64,000 nt of DNA from Ophelia neglecta. Lineage: Eukaryota. The position numbers were made by a program, and so were the translations under genes. Position 1 is the first letter of the stretch. Every line of letters starts with the position of its first letter. The notes below the pieces were generated by a model. That model had not been told where the DNA came from. It ran no database searches and saw only the letters and a program-made list of their open reading frames with translations. Positions 63,181 to 64,000 of this stretch are shown here, piece by piece. The stretch covers positions 97,030,001 to 97,094,000 of the forward strand of contig OZ260662.1 of the NCBI GenBank assembly GCA_965285935.1, in the 5' to 3' direction.

Positions 63181-64000
63181 GCAACAGGTTCTATTTCAAA
63201 ATTGTCCGACTTCTCGAAATTTATTTTTGATCTTAAAATCACCAAGGCTTACAAGTGTTGCATTTACTAAATGCTCCCACCCGTCTAAATAGATGCTCTT
63301 GTCGTCTGCCTACTTCGAAATTCGTGTACTTGCTAAAAGCGAATTTCTATTGTTGCTTAATAGACAGCACAAAAAGTATTTTTGTCTGTCCAATGCCCTG
63401 CACACAGCAAAACACGAATGTTGTTCACTTGAAAAGTATGCCAAATTCTGATGTAACGAAAATACATGACATTGGCAAATGTGTAGAATTCATCTTTTGA
63501 AAATATCACATGTATAATTACTGCTTATAGAGATTATAATGATAAAAATTATAATGTTTTGAGTACATGAGTTGCAATACAATACATGAAGCTAAATGTA
63601 TCTTAATAATAACCAGCAGCAGATTGGTTTCATGCTATAAGAAGCAGGCGCTTCAAGATTTGCTCGGACTAAACTCAATTATACCTATGATTTCTCTTCG
63701 TTTTGAAGTACAAGGCAACAGTATATAGCCACTCTTGCACTCGTGTCTATAAAAGCATGGTCAGCCTCCAATTAATCGTAGCTCCGAATTAATAGTTTCG
63801 AATCCAGAGTTCAATTACTCGCACTTTAGAGTGGAATGCCTCGTACCTCTACTACAAGTGTACAAAAGGCTTTTGATTAAAAGCGGAATTGTGGAGCCCT
63901 GCGGAAGTAAATCTCGAAATAAGAACAGAGCACTAAATCTATTGTTCTTGATCTTTACCCTTCCCCTAACACTGAACTAAACCCTCGACCATAGACTTCC
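63181..64000 (+). repeat. Direct repeat copy 2 (runs off the window end)
   Basis: Colinear with 57522-58342 at an offset of ~5.66 kb, differing by scattered substitutions and a few indels. Confidence 0.95.

Overview
AT-rich, intron-containing animal genomic DNA. The gene content (opine dehydrogenase, C-type lectin plus PAN-like protein, Mag-type Gypsy element) suggests a marine lophotrochozoan, probably a mollusc; this is an inference. Four host genes can be read directly. (1) An intronless class A peptide-receptor-like GPCR (4183-5388, -). (2) An opine dehydrogenase with an intronless CDS (23776-24975, +). (3) A four-exon trissin-receptor-like GPCR assembled by hand across an 11.6 kb first intron (34850-48641, +, 540 aa). 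(4) A three-exon secreted C-type lectin/PAN-like protein (59316-61806, +, 251 aa). There is one intact, apparently very recent Ty3/Gypsy LTR retrotransposon (16289-21082) with identical 150-bp LTRs, a GGGAT target-site duplication (TSD), a tRNA-Leu primer binding site, a polypurine tract and one 1341-aa gag-pol ORF; it appears nested in an old MITE. The window also holds decayed LINE fragments, MITE-like inverted-repeat elements, a minisatellite straddling the GPCR stop codon, and a direct repeat of at least 820 bp bracketing the lectin gene, which suggests a ~5.66 kb tandem gene duplication running off the window. No CRISPR array, rRNA or tRNA gene, or prokaryotic system was seen, and I found nothing I can honestly call a wholly new system. 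The best leads are the single-exon opine dehydrogenase with altered specificity residues, the repeat-derived GPCR tail, and the non-canonical lectin array.
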